DNA from: a virus
Lineage: Duplodnaviria; Caudoviricetes
Length of the DNA: 62,174 nucleotides
Direction: 5' to 3' (one strand)
IMG/VR virus record: IMGVR_UViG_3300026512_000013
Location: 1-62,174 of that record
Both the position numbers and the translations under genes were made by a program. Shown here piece after piece: positions 29,028 to 39,500 of the stretch. The notes beneath the pieces are model-generated. The model made no database searches, was not told where the DNA came from, and worked only from the letters and a program-made list of their open reading frames with translations. Position 1 is the first letter of the stretch. The number at the start of each line of letters is the position of its first letter.

Positions 29028-29918
29028 TCACTCCTCTCTCGCCTCTGTATGCTCATAGCCACTATTCCATCCTTTCTTTTTCTCCTGTTCTTTTCTCATA
29101 TTCTCAAAGAGTTTATGATATTCTACAATATCTTCAAATATCTCATCAGTACCATAAATATAATTAACATAAGTTTTATTAATTTTATAGTCTTTTTTCT
29201 TTTGCATTGCTTTATATCTCATTTTTATTAATTTCTTACTTTTATTCCCAAAAGTATTTCCATATTTTCTTACTACTTGGTCAGGAGTATATTCATCTAT
29301 TGCACATTGTTTTAATATTTCTAAATCTTCATTAAGCCATGCAGTATTTTTCTTTACAGCTTCTAATTTAATAGCATGAGTTGCTAACCAATCTTTGCCA
29401 ATAGAGAGATTAGTATCATCTGTTGAATGTATCCTATTCCATACTTCTCCAAATGACACATAATATGAATCACTTTGATGTCTAAAAGCCATTATATAGC
29501 CACAATATATATTTTTCTTTTTAGATATTTCTTTAAACTTTAATAACTTTTTAGCCTTAATTACACCATAATTATGCACTATTTTATTACCATTTTTATC
29601 TGTCATAATCTGCCCTATATCAGAAAGAACATTATCATTTTCATCATAACTATTAAAAAATTGTACTTCATAATTTGGGATTAAAGAAATATAATCATAA
29701 TAACTTTTCTTTGTGTCAAATATAACATCAATAATATATAAATTAGAATCTTTAAATACTACTATATCTCCAGCCATACCTTTAGCTAATTTTGATTGTC
29801 TATATTGTATAAAAGTATTTGGAATAGTTGAGAATGAATCTACTAAATCATTTACATACAATTTCATTAATTCTTTTTTATCATATAATTCATTAATATC
29901 AAATTTTCTTTCTCTCAT
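29028..29918 (-). CDS. degenerate RecU-like paralog with helical (Myb-like) insertion
   Basis: aligns by eye to 32634..33371 (GDIVVF, CGYIMAFR, YYVS, SIGKDWL, YKINK.Y..Y.Y) but lacks ExK. Confidence 0.55.
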   Translation of the reverse strand: MRERKFDINELYDKKELMKLYVNDLVDSFSTIPNTFIQYRQSKLAKGMAGDIVVFKDSNLYIIDVIFDTKKSYYDYISLIPNYEVQFFNSYDENDNVLSDIGQIMTDKNGNKIVHNYGVIKAKKLLKFKEISKKKNIYCGYIMAFRHQSDSYYVSFGEVWNRIHSTDDTNLSIGKDWLATHAIKLEAVKKNTAWLNEDLEILKQCAIDEYTPDQVVRKYGNTFGNKSKKLIKMRYKAMQKKKDYKINKTYVNYIYGTDEIFEDIVEYHKLFENMRKEQEKKKGWNSGYEHTEAREE

Positions 29919-30595
29919 TAATTATCACTCTCATCTTCACTCTCATTATCTTCATTATAGTTATTATAATCATCATCACTCATTGCGTCAATAGGTGCAT
30001 AACCATATTTAATTTTAAAATCATATATATCTATTTCATAGTTTTTTAATCTAAGGGTTTTATTTATAGTCCCATCTTCATTAAATCTATATATTCCTTT
30101 ATATTGTTCTTGTTCTTCTTCAGAAAATACATAGTCTAAAGGGTAAAAATATTTATCAGTTTGTTTAATATTGCTGTAAATATTCCTCTCTCCCATAAAA
30201 GTATTAATATAATCTGAGTATGGAAAATTCCTCTTTTTCAATGAAGCTGTTAATTTAGGACTTAAATATATTCTTGATTTACTACCATTTTTTTCTTTTA
30301 TATTTACATACAACCCTAAATGATTATGTTTTAATTTTTTCTCATATATGTGAGTAACACAACCTTCTACTTTCTCTGGATTTCTAAATATAGTATTTAA
30401 TCTTGGAACTCTTGATTTAAATATATTAAAATCATCTCTTATTACTGTTAATATATAAGGCTCATCAAAATCTCTTGTTAGTATTGGTAATATTTTTCTT
30501 TCATATCTTAATTGCTTTCTTTGTAATTTTGTTAATTTTCTTGCTCTCTTGAAATTCCTTTCACTTTTCTTTTCTAAGTCTTTTTTTTCTGTCAT
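29918..30595 (-). CDS. hypothetical protein, basic N-terminus and acidic tail
   Basis: 225 aa, RBS AAGGAGG. Confidence 0.75.
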   Translation of the reverse strand: MTEKKDLEKKSERNFKRARKLTKLQRKQLRYERKILPILTRDFDEPYILTVIRDDFNIFKSRVPRLNTIFRNPEKVEGCVTHIYEKKLKHNHLGLYVNIKEKNGSKSRIYLSPKLTASLKKRNFPYSDYINTFMGERNIYSNIKQTDKYFYPLDYVFSEEEQEQYKGIYRFNEDGTINKTLRLKNYEIDIYDFKIKYGYAPIDAMSDDDYNNYNEDNESEDESDN

Positions 30596-30671
30596 AGATT
30601 ACCTCCTTATAAATAAATACTTTAATTGTCTACTATATTAGTATAGCACAATTAAAGTATTCTGTCAATTA

Positions 30672-31745
30672 TTATTCAAATATTTTATCCCAAGTACAAT
30701 CTGTTTCATCTATATCATCTCTCCATTGTATTAGTCTTGGGTGTCTTAATTTATCTTTATCTACACTCATAGCTTGTACAGTAAATGGTCTACCTAAATA
30801 TTTATTAGGATTTAATTTAATATCGATTAACATATCTTCAGTTAATCCACTTGATACTCTGCCTATTGAAATTAAACCTCCATCTTTATATACTCCATAT
30901 TCAATAGACCCAATCCACTTTTTATAATATGCTTTAGTAATAGGAATTTTAACATTATTTTCATATGAGTAATATAACCAAGTATCTATATTTTTATTTT
31001 TCCATGCATACTCTTTAGTAGGTGGTAAGAAACTTAAACAAATAACATCATGACTTTCTTCAGTTTTAAATTTAATAATAGAGTCAACAGGTCTTTTCCC
31101 AGCCATATATAATGCATCTCTTTTTCTAAGAATAGTACCCTCTTCACCTTTATCAAAATTATTTTTGATATATTCTTCTAAATTATCAAATGTAGCTTTA
31201 GCATAAGAAATATATTTATTATCTATTAATTCTTTTGTCTCTGAAATAAGTGCTAAACTTTTATATCTTGAGTAATGATTATACTCATCTTTAACAAAAT
31301 CTATTCCATCATACTCTAATATATCAAACATATAAAAATGTAGTTTACCTTGTTTCTCTTGTCTTTCTAAAGACTTCTCTTTCTTACAATTATATAACTT
31401 AGCTACATCTTTACTCGTACCATTAGGTATAAATAACTCACCACATATAATAGTTCCATTAGGTAATTTACTATCAAGAAATTCCATTATATGAGGTATA
31501 TTCTCACCTTTTTCTTTTAGGTAACCATTTTTAGCTATATTCCTACCAAATGCAAAACAATTACCTTCACTGTCTTTCTCAAATGTTAAATAAAATCCAT
31601 CAATTTTCACTTGTCCAAAATAATCACCTGAGTTAAACATAGCTTGTTTATACTCTTCATTATCTCTACTTTTAGTTAATTTAGCAGGCTTATGAGGCAG
31701 GTACATTTTAGCATATTGATATTTCTGTTTTAAATTTTCTTCCAT
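30672..31745 (-). CDS. lig: ATP-dependent DNA ligase
   Basis: KIDG, GEL, FDIL, EGTILR, IKFK, LRHPR...RDD. Confidence 0.9.
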   Translation of the reverse strand: MEENLKQKYQYAKMYLPHKPAKLTKSRDNEEYKQAMFNSGDYFGQVKIDGFYLTFEKDSEGNCFAFGRNIAKNGYLKEKGENIPHIMEFLDSKLPNGTIICGELFIPNGTSKDVAKLYNCKKEKSLERQEKQGKLHFYMFDILEYDGIDFVKDEYNHYSRYKSLALISETKELIDNKYISYAKATFDNLEEYIKNNFDKGEEGTILRKRDALYMAGKRPVDSIIKFKTEESHDVICLSFLPPTKEYAWKNKNIDTWLYYSYENNVKIPITKAYYKKWIGSIEYGVYKDGGLISIGRVSSGLTEDMLIDIKLNPNKYLGRPFTVQAMSVDKDKLRHPRLIQWRDDIDETDCTWDKIFE

Positions 31746-31746
31746 A

Positions 31747-32181
31747 TTAATCCTCCCCTTTTAGTTTATCAATTGAAATTTCTTTTTCAATATTTTTACC
31801 TACTCTAATTAAATACGATTGTATTTGCATATATAAATCAATTTTAATAAATTCAATAATATTATAAGCCATAAATCCTACTTTATTAAATATTATTTCA
31901 TCTTTCTCATACATTACAGTATTTTTATAATTATTTTCATAACAAGAATTACCATACTCCGAAAATCCTAATATAGAGCTATATTTATAATATTTTAATA
32001 AATTATATTTTTTAGCTAATAATTTAAAATCTTTGAAGTTTCCTTTCGTAAATTTTTTGCAATCTTTAGCTTCACTTTTGTGGGTAAAATAATTTATTAT
32101 TATTAAAAAAATACTTGTTGATATTATTCCTAATAATATAAAAATAATCATTAATAATAATATTCCCATTAACGTACTCAT
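31747..32181 (-). CDS. membrane-anchored hypothetical protein
   Basis: N-terminal TM. Confidence 0.7.
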   Translation of the reverse strand: MSTLMGILLLMIIFILLGIISTSIFLIIINYFTHKSEAKDCKKFTKGNFKDFKLLAKKYNLLKYYKYSSILGFSEYGNSCYENNYKNTVMYEKDEIIFNKVGFMAYNIIEFIKIDLYMQIQSYLIRVGKNIEKEISIDKLKGED

Positions 32182-32210
32182 ACTAATTCCTCCTTTACTT
32201 ATTCTCTACA

Positions 32211-32320
32211 ATAGCCCTATGACGTCCTAAGAGGCGTTTCTAGCCACTTTAATCATCTTGCCATAGTTTTAGTCCTCTGGCTATTATCTCCTCTGAAATC
32301 ACGTTTATAAACGCCATATC
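32211..32320. repeat. ~110-bp periodic element, inverted relative to 16366 copy, overlapping an ORF end
   Basis: atag..ctatgacgtccta...gccatat. Confidence 0.6.
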
Positions 32321-32578
32321 AGTTAAATTACTAATACCCAATTCTCTTGATGTTAAATATTTAAGTAAATTAACTAAATGTACATAAGACATATCTTTAA
32401 TTTTAATTCCTATGCAATCTTCAGTAATCCATTTAATCTCATTCCCAGATTCCATTATTACTTTAGCATTTAATACATCTTTAGCATCTACTTTATTCAT
32501 ATTTATCACACTCTCCATCATTTTTTTGCTTATTCCACTTTCGCCTATTACTCCAACTCTAAGTGTTCGTTTATTCAT
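32249..32578 (-). CDS. hypothetical protein
   Basis: 109 aa; W.T....I.I.DM...HL.N motif seen in phage proteins. Confidence 0.7.
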   Translation of the reverse strand: MNKRTLRVGVIGESGISKKMMESVINMNKVDAKDVLNAKVIMESGNEIKWITEDCIGIKIKDMSYVHLVNLLKYLTSRELGISNLTDMAFINVISEEIIARGLKLWQDD

Positions 32579-32633
32579 AGTATCTCCTTTAATTTAATAA
32601 TATTATAACACAGTATTAAATACTATGCAAGTA

Positions 32634-33371
32634 TTAATTATTAATTATTTGTCTACGTTCTATTTCCTCTGCAAATTCAACATAATCAAATAATTCTAAT
32701 AAATCATATTTATAGTGTATATATTTATCATTTATCTTATAGCCTTCATCTTTCTTAATTTTATTAAATTTAGTTCTAATAGATTGTTTACTTCTATTCC
32801 ATTTACCTTCTATCCTACTATAACATTTATCAAAACTTTCTTCATTTAAAATACACTCTTCTAAATAATCCATTTCAATATTCATCCAATATTTAGAAAC
32901 TAACTCTTCATCTAATCTTAAACAATTATCCTCTAAATAGTCAATGTGTATAGATTTTCTAGTTATACTCTTATCATTAACATAATCTAAAAATTGTTTC
33001 AAAGTCATATAATAAACTAAATGATTAAAATCACCTCTGAACTCTAATAAAAAACCACAATTGACTCCATTAATTTTAGCTTTTTCTATCATTTTTTCAA
33101 CTTGTTTACCATCAATTCTACCATACTTACAAATGTATTTATTACCATTTTTATCAGTTTCATAAACTTTACTCACACTAATAGATTTACCTTTTGTAGA
33201 TTTAGCCTCAAGATAAATCTTAGTAGGTTTTCTATACAAGGTAAAGTCAGCAATATTAATTACTGACTTTAATTCAATACTATCTTTAATTCTGAAAATA
33301 TCTATATTATCTCCTGTAACAACAGAGTCAAAAATATCTGACTCAAATTTCTTCCCAACATTTTTTGCCAT
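32634..33371 (-). CDS. recU: RecU-like Holliday junction resolvase with helical insertion
   Basis: GKKFE, ADF, LEAKST, Q, GFLLEF motifs. Confidence 0.8.
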   Translation of the reverse strand: MAKNVGKKFESDIFDSVVTGDNIDIFRIKDSIELKSVINIADFTLYRKPTKIYLEAKSTKGKSISVSKVYETDKNGNKYICKYGRIDGKQVEKMIEKAKINGVNCGFLLEFRGDFNHLVYYMTLKQFLDYVNDKSITRKSIHIDYLEDNCLRLDEELVSKYWMNIEMDYLEECILNEESFDKCYSRIEGKWNRSKQSIRTKFNKIKKDEGYKINDKYIHYKYDLLELFDYVEFAEEIERRQIINN

Positions 33372-33383
33372 AGTTACTTCTCC

Positions 33384-36300
33384 TTAATCTTCATTCTCAC
33401 TAATATCATCTTCATATTCATTATCTAAAGTGTCTAATATATTATCAACAGTACCATAGTCTAAAAAATGTCTTAAATAAGCTTGACTTAATACAGTTTC
33501 ACTTGTATCAATAGCTTTATGTAAAGCCTCATTCTCAGCAACTAACCATACTTTCTCTTTACCTCTACTTAACATTACATAAAGTATTTGTCTATTTAAC
33601 ATAGTCCAACCACTTGTTGATAAGGCTAACACTGCATAATCTACTTCACTACCTTGAAATTTATGAGCTGTACAAGCATAAAATAATACTAAACCTCTTT
33701 GACTATCCCATAATGAACTTGGGATTGCTATATATTTATCTATGTCATCTACATAAACTATTATATCTTTAGGATTATCTTTTTCATCATAAGTAGCATC
33801 AATAACAGTTCCACCAAAACCATTGAATACTGCATCATCATTAAGATTTCTATCTCTTGTGCCATCATGTCTTAATAACCAAGGCTTAAAAATAACTTTC
33901 CATTCATTATCTACTAACTCAACTTCTTCAGTACTATAATCATTTTTAATAATCATAACTCTATCATTTATTCTAAATACAAATGGATAACTTGGATTGT
34001 CTTTATTATCAGTAGCATAACCTACAGCACCTTCTATCTCTACAGATTTTCCATTCGTAGGGCTTGTTTTAGGTGTAGGATTTAAATACTCTTGAGCCAT
34101 ATTATTTAAATTATACACACTTGAGTCACCTCTGGTAGTTACAGTAGTAATCATTAAAGCTCTCTTAGTATCTCCATTAGCTAATTTAAGAGCTTGCTTA
34201 TAGTAATCAAAAGTCTTTATAGCACATGTATCACGATTATTATATTTACTTAAAAATATATCAGTAACTAAATCTTTAACTTCACCTTCACATTCTACTC
34301 CCTCATATTGCTTATGATATAATTGTTCACCTTTAGCTACTTTAAGAGATATATTTTTAATTTGAGAACCATCTTTTTGTCTAAATAATTTAGTTAATTC
34401 AAACACAGGAATTGTTTTACTCTCTAATAATTCAATGCCTAATTTAGCTCCTCTAATAGCATTTAATTGAGATACATCACCTAAGAATATTAATTTAGTT
34501 GAAGTTGATATTGCTTTTAATAAATTTAATAATAACCAAGCATCTACCATTGAAAATTCATCTATAACTATTACATCATAAGGCATTTTACATTTTTCAT
34601 GATAAGTAAAATACATCATGCGACCAGTTTCTTCATCAACTCCCCAACCTTGAGGATTAAATCCTAATAATCTATGGATAGTTGAAGCACTAAAGTCTGA
34701 TACTTGCTGTATTCTTGCACTAGCTTTGCCCGATAAAGTTGAAAGCCTTGGAGCTACTGGATTTAACGCTTTAACTGCAACATCAGCTATTGAAGTCTTG
34801 CCCGAATTTCCTGTAATAAATATTCTATTATCTCTTCTTAGTATCAACATTCCACTCGGAACAGTGAAGCAATATTTATAGTTATCTTCTAATTGATTAC
34901 TAAATAAATGTCTTATCTCAAGTAAATGATATTCAACATTTATAAACATATTATCTACCATAATATACATAGTACTTTTTGCATCATCATCTAATTTTAA
35001 AAATTCTGCCACAGTGATTTTAAGATAATCTATTTTTGTAGTAGGTATATCAGCTACTTGATTAACATCTATATATACCATTTTATGTTCTAATGACAAT
35101 ACTTGCTTACCATATCTCCCATAATTAAACTCTACTAAGCATTCATTCTCTTCAAGTTCATAATTATGATATTCCTCAATATCAGTTAATTCTTGTTCAC
35201 CATCTGAATTATATTGTAATACTTTTTCACCTTCAGTATAATCACATATTTGTTTCCATTCTACCCCATTAAAATATTCAGTCTCAGAGTCAACACAACC
35301 ACCACGCCCCGTAACTATGCCAACTTTTTTATCCATAATAAATTCAATAGCATCTCTTTGTTCATCTGAATATTCCCAACCATTGCGTTTTTGTTGACTT
35401 TCAATAATAGTATTAGCAATCTCTTTATCTTCATTTAAATAAGATTTTCCATTGATTATCCTTTTTAACTCTTTAGCTATTGCCTTCTCATTATAATAGT
35501 GTTTAGATAAACCTACTAACCCTTGAATACCATCAACTAATAATTTTTCTTCTCTTAATTGAATAACAACTTCTGCTATCTCATCAACAGTAAATTCAGT
35601 ATCAAATAAATCTTCATCAATATGATTGATTAAAACATCACTTTCTAAATAAGAATAACCATTATCATAAGCACTATCTAATAAAAATAATATATAAGCT
35701 CTTAATCTTTCTGGTGAATCTCTATCTATACCCACATTTCTTGCCATATCATCTGCTTTAGCAAATGAGAAACCTACTATTTCAACTAATTTATATGGAT
35801 TGCTTTTAATAATTTCAATAGCAGTTTCTGCTGAATGAAAGTAGTCTACTACTTTTTTAATTGAATTAACTGAAATTTCATAATCAGCTAAACCAGCATA
35901 AGCTTTAATATAAGCTTTATTACTTTCATATTTTTTAAATAAATTTAATACAGTTACTTCACCTAATCCTTTAACTTTCATTAAAGCTTCAGTATCACCA
36001 GAAACAATATACTTTAAAGGTTTATCATATACTGCAAATAAATTCTCAAATTGAGTCTCAGTTAATATTCCTTTGAAAAAACCTCTTTGTGTATCTTCAG
36101 TTGCATTAATATCTAAATTTTCAGTACACACTACATTACTAAAACTATAACCATATTTATCATGAATATCTTTAACTTTAGCTACAATATAATATTCTTT
36201 ATCAAAATTATTTCTAAAATTATGAGGTAACCCTATCCCTGCTATTGATACATTTCCATAAAAATTAATAGGAATAGGGATAATTTCATCTGTACTCACA

Positions 36301-36473
36301 ACTTCAAATCTTAGTATAGAATGCTCACCAGCATGAAAAGGTTTATTATTCTTAGGATAAGCTTGAGGTGATTTTCTACTTACTTTTCCAATAAATTTTA
36401 CAATATCCCCAATTTCGTATTTAGTTTTAGTTCTCTTTTTACCTATTCCCTTTTTTATATTATTCTTTGACAT
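33384..36473 (-). CDS. recD2: RecD2-like SF1B helicase containing an intein
   Basis: HhH, NPY.L..I.G.SF.KAD, Walker A G.GG|SGKT, STIHRLL, DEFSM, GD..QL, FRQ, YA.T.HK.QGSE, SR. Confidence 0.9.
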   Translation of the reverse strand: MSKNNIKKGIGKKRTKTKYEIGDIVKFIGKVSRKSPQAYPKNNKPFHAGEHSILRFEVVSTDEIIPIPINFYGNVSIAGIGLPHNFRNNFDKEYYIVAKVKDIHDKYGYSFSNVVCTENLDINATEDTQRGFFKGILTETQFENLFAVYDKPLKYIVSGDTEALMKVKGLGEVTVLNLFKKYESNKAYIKAYAGLADYEISVNSIKKVVDYFHSAETAIEIIKSNPYKLVEIVGFSFAKADDMARNVGIDRDSPERLRAYILFLLDSAYDNGYSYLESDVLINHIDEDLFDTEFTVDEIAEVVIQLREEKLLVDGIQGLVGLSKHYYNEKAIAKELKRIINGKSYLNEDKEIANTIIESQQKRNGWEYSDEQRDAIEFIMDKKVGIVTGRGGCVDSETEYFNGVEWKQICDYTEGEKVLQYNSDGEQELTDIEEYHNYELEENECLVEFNYGRYGKQVLSLEHKMVYIDVNQVADIPTTKIDYLKITVAEFLKLDDDAKSTMYIMVDNMFINVEYHLLEIRHLFSNQLEDNYKYCFTVPSGMLILRRDNRIFITGNSGKTSIADVAVKALNPVAPRLSTLSGKASARIQQVSDFSASTIHRLLGFNPQGWGVDEETGRMMYFTYHEKCKMPYDVIVIDEFSMVDAWLLLNLLKAISTSTKLIFLGDVSQLNAIRGAKLGIELLESKTIPVFELTKLFRQKDGSQIKNISLKVAKGEQLYHKQYEGVECEGEVKDLVTDIFLSKYNNRDTCAIKTFDYYKQALKLANGDTKRALMITTVTTRGDSSVYNLNNMAQEYLNPTPKTSPTNGKSVEIEGAVGYATDNKDNPSYPFVFRINDRVMIIKNDYSTEEVELVDNEWKVIFKPWLLRHDGTRDRNLNDDAVFNGFGGTVIDATYDEKDNPKDIIVYVDDIDKYIAIPSSLWDSQRGLVLFYACTAHKFQGSEVDYAVLALSTSGWTMLNRQILYVMLSRGKEKVWLVAENEALHKAIDTSETVLSQAYLRHFLDYGTVDNILDTLDNEYEDDISENED
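34806..35297 (-). mobile_element. mini-intein (164 aa) inserted in the RecD2 P-loop
   Basis: starts CVDSETEY, block-B-like SLEH, ends YCFTVPSG...ITGN followed by Ser; removal restores TGRGGSGKT. Confidence 0.9.
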
Positions 36474-36563
36474 AATTACTCTCCTTTATATTCATTAAAT
36501 ATATTATAACATAGCTTTAATTTTCTGTCAATAATATATTCAATGAATTATTACTTGTTCTCA

Positions 36564-39500
36564 TTACTCTTCAGCTCTCACTCTATCAACTTGTAAATCA
36601 ACCTCTCCATCATTTAAATGTAATTTCATAACAGAGTGCATAAATGTACTACCACTTTTATTAGCTTTATATTGTATTCCATCTCTATACCCTGTTACAA
36701 TTAATAAAGTACCTCTTTGAAACCAACTTTTTTCTAATGTAGTAGAAGTTCCATCACCATTATCTTGAGTAACTTGTTGATTATAATGATTATAAGCACC
36801 TTTACTAAATTTAACATCTATAATCTCATCATCACATAATAATGTAATAGTATGTTTAGCATTGTTTTTATTAACACAAGTACCAGCAATTCTACTCTTA
36901 GGATATTGAATGTATTTAACTCCTTTATATTCATTAACATCAAAATATTGTAATTCCTCTTTAGTATAATCTTCAATATTAACAATATTAGTTAATTTAG
37001 CTACTTTATATTTAGTTAAATCAATATTACTTAATTCATGTTTACCTATATATATATTCATAGAATCCATTTCCCATTTACTAAGAGTGCCACTTGCTAA
37101 CTCTTGTTTAAGATTATTGAATTTAATCTCATTAAATTTATTAATACTATCTTTACTATTTAACCATTTTACAAAATCTGCTGTTTGTTCTTTATATAAT
37201 TTTTCAAAAGTAGATGAGCCAAATACCATAATATGCAATCCTAATTCGTCAATATAATAATCTTCTTGTTCCTTCATTTTAGCAATAAAAAAATCTTCAA
37301 AAAAATTCATAACATGTTCATATTCCTCAATATTATTATTTTTTATTAAATGCCATTTTTTACTTTTTATCTGTTTACCTTTAGAAATAACAGGTTTTTC
37401 ATAATTAAATTTATCATTAATATAACTTCTAAAATTTACTATTCTAACTACATCACTATATTTTTCTGGGATAATACTCATCTCATATACTTGATTGAAT
37501 ACATTCATACCCAAAGACTTTCTATTTGGTTGTAATTTAAGTAAAAACTTTGTCATAATTTCTTCTCTTGAGATATTTTCCGTATAATCTAAAGCTCCAC
37601 TTTTAATTAGACTGACAATTCCTTTTTTACCTAATAACTTTTTATTTTGAATTTCACCTTTAGTATTAATTACTTCTTCAGTAACCATAAACAATCTATT
37701 GTATATATCATCTAAATTTTCATAAGGAGCATTATTAAGTAAATGATGAGCTTCTCTATCGCCTATATCAACTATTGATTTTAAGCCCATAATTATTCTA
37801 TTATGTTCTTCATCAGGAGCAAACCCAAACTTTACTTGATTAATATATGGTGGTGCTATATCAACCCCTGAAAATTGTAAATTACTTAAAGCTGTAGCTA
37901 TTTTACCATAATCAACAGTTCTTTTTTTACTATCATATTCATTCTCTAATGAGCCACTATTAACCAATAGAGTAGCTGTTTGCCAATAAATAGGTGGATA
38001 GTCTACATTTAATACTGCCTCAGCTAATAATACTAATGAGTATAAATTAGAATGTATATTAGAAAATGAATATCCTTTAGATGCAGATATTTGTTCTTCC
38101 CATACATATGTAGCAGTATTAATATTAACATTATTTTTCTTACAAGCTTCGTAAAATTTAGTTCTAATTTTATTATACTTATCTTCATTTTTCTTAGCAA
38201 TAGCACTACGAACAGCATGAGCTCCAGCTACGTCAAAATTGGATAATCCTTCTAACATTACTAATTTCATTAAAGCCTCTTGATTTTCAGCTACACCTGT
38301 TAATTTTAATAATACTGTTTCTAACATTTTCTGGTCTTTTTTAGAAACACCTGCTTTAGTCATATCATCATACCATTCTTGAATATTATTATTATATCTC
38401 AAGAAACGAGTAGTTAAATCTTCATTTAAATGTTCAGGTTTTTGTAATCTCATTAAAGAATTAGTTTGACTTAATTTAGTTAAAGTATCTGGTTTAATTT
38501 TACGTAGTATATCTTTAGCAACTTTCGTAGCAAATTGAAAAGCATCTACTATACTATTTGTATTAATAGCTTCCCATATTTCAGGTCTATTATAATTTAA
38601 TACTTGAGGATGTAGTATACTCTCATAAGTATCTCTTAAAGTATCTTTCTCTTCTATTTTATTATTCTCTATTAATAAATCTAAATTAGTTCTTATTTTA
38701 TCTTGAGCAGTTGTAACCAACATATCATATTTTAATAGCCCAGCATCTTCGCCATCATGTAAATCATATTGTGATACTACTAACCCCGTTTTAGTTTTCA
38801 TTACAGCAGAGTAAATATAAAAAGGTTTATTTACAGCAAATACTCCAGCTGGATGTTCTGAGAATGATACTTTTAAATTTTCTATTAACATGGCAGTTTC
38901 TAATATACCATCATATTTATCTATTGCATTAATAAAATCTTTGTTTTTTTCAACTTCATCAGTACCATAATACATTTCAGTTAGAGTGTAAGTATTTCCT
39001 CTTATAGTAGGTATCATAGAAGCTAACTTATTACCATAACTATCTGGAACATGAGCTAATCCCCTACATGTTGTTTTGAGAGCTGATTTACTTTTAATTT
39101 TACCATAAGTAGCACAACCTACTAAATCTCCACCTATTGACTTAAAATACTCTTTAACAAAGTGTATTACTCTACGTCTTTTCATGCTTTCAATATCTAT
39201 ATCTATATCACTTAACTCAGGTCGTTGTTTATCCATAAGTCTATAAACACTTAATTCAACGCCTGTCATTATTTGTATATTAGTAGGACTCTCTTGTATT
39301 ATTCCTAATGCAAAGGCTACATCACTTGCTCCAATTGACCCTCTCCCTGCACCAATAATACTATTCCCTTTATTTTTATCCCATATTATCTCTATTATTT
39401 TTTCCATAGTGATAAAATAATTAGTTAATGACTGTTGTATTATCTCACTAACTTCTAACATTACCTGTAATTCATAATCAATTCTTTTAATACTTGTATC

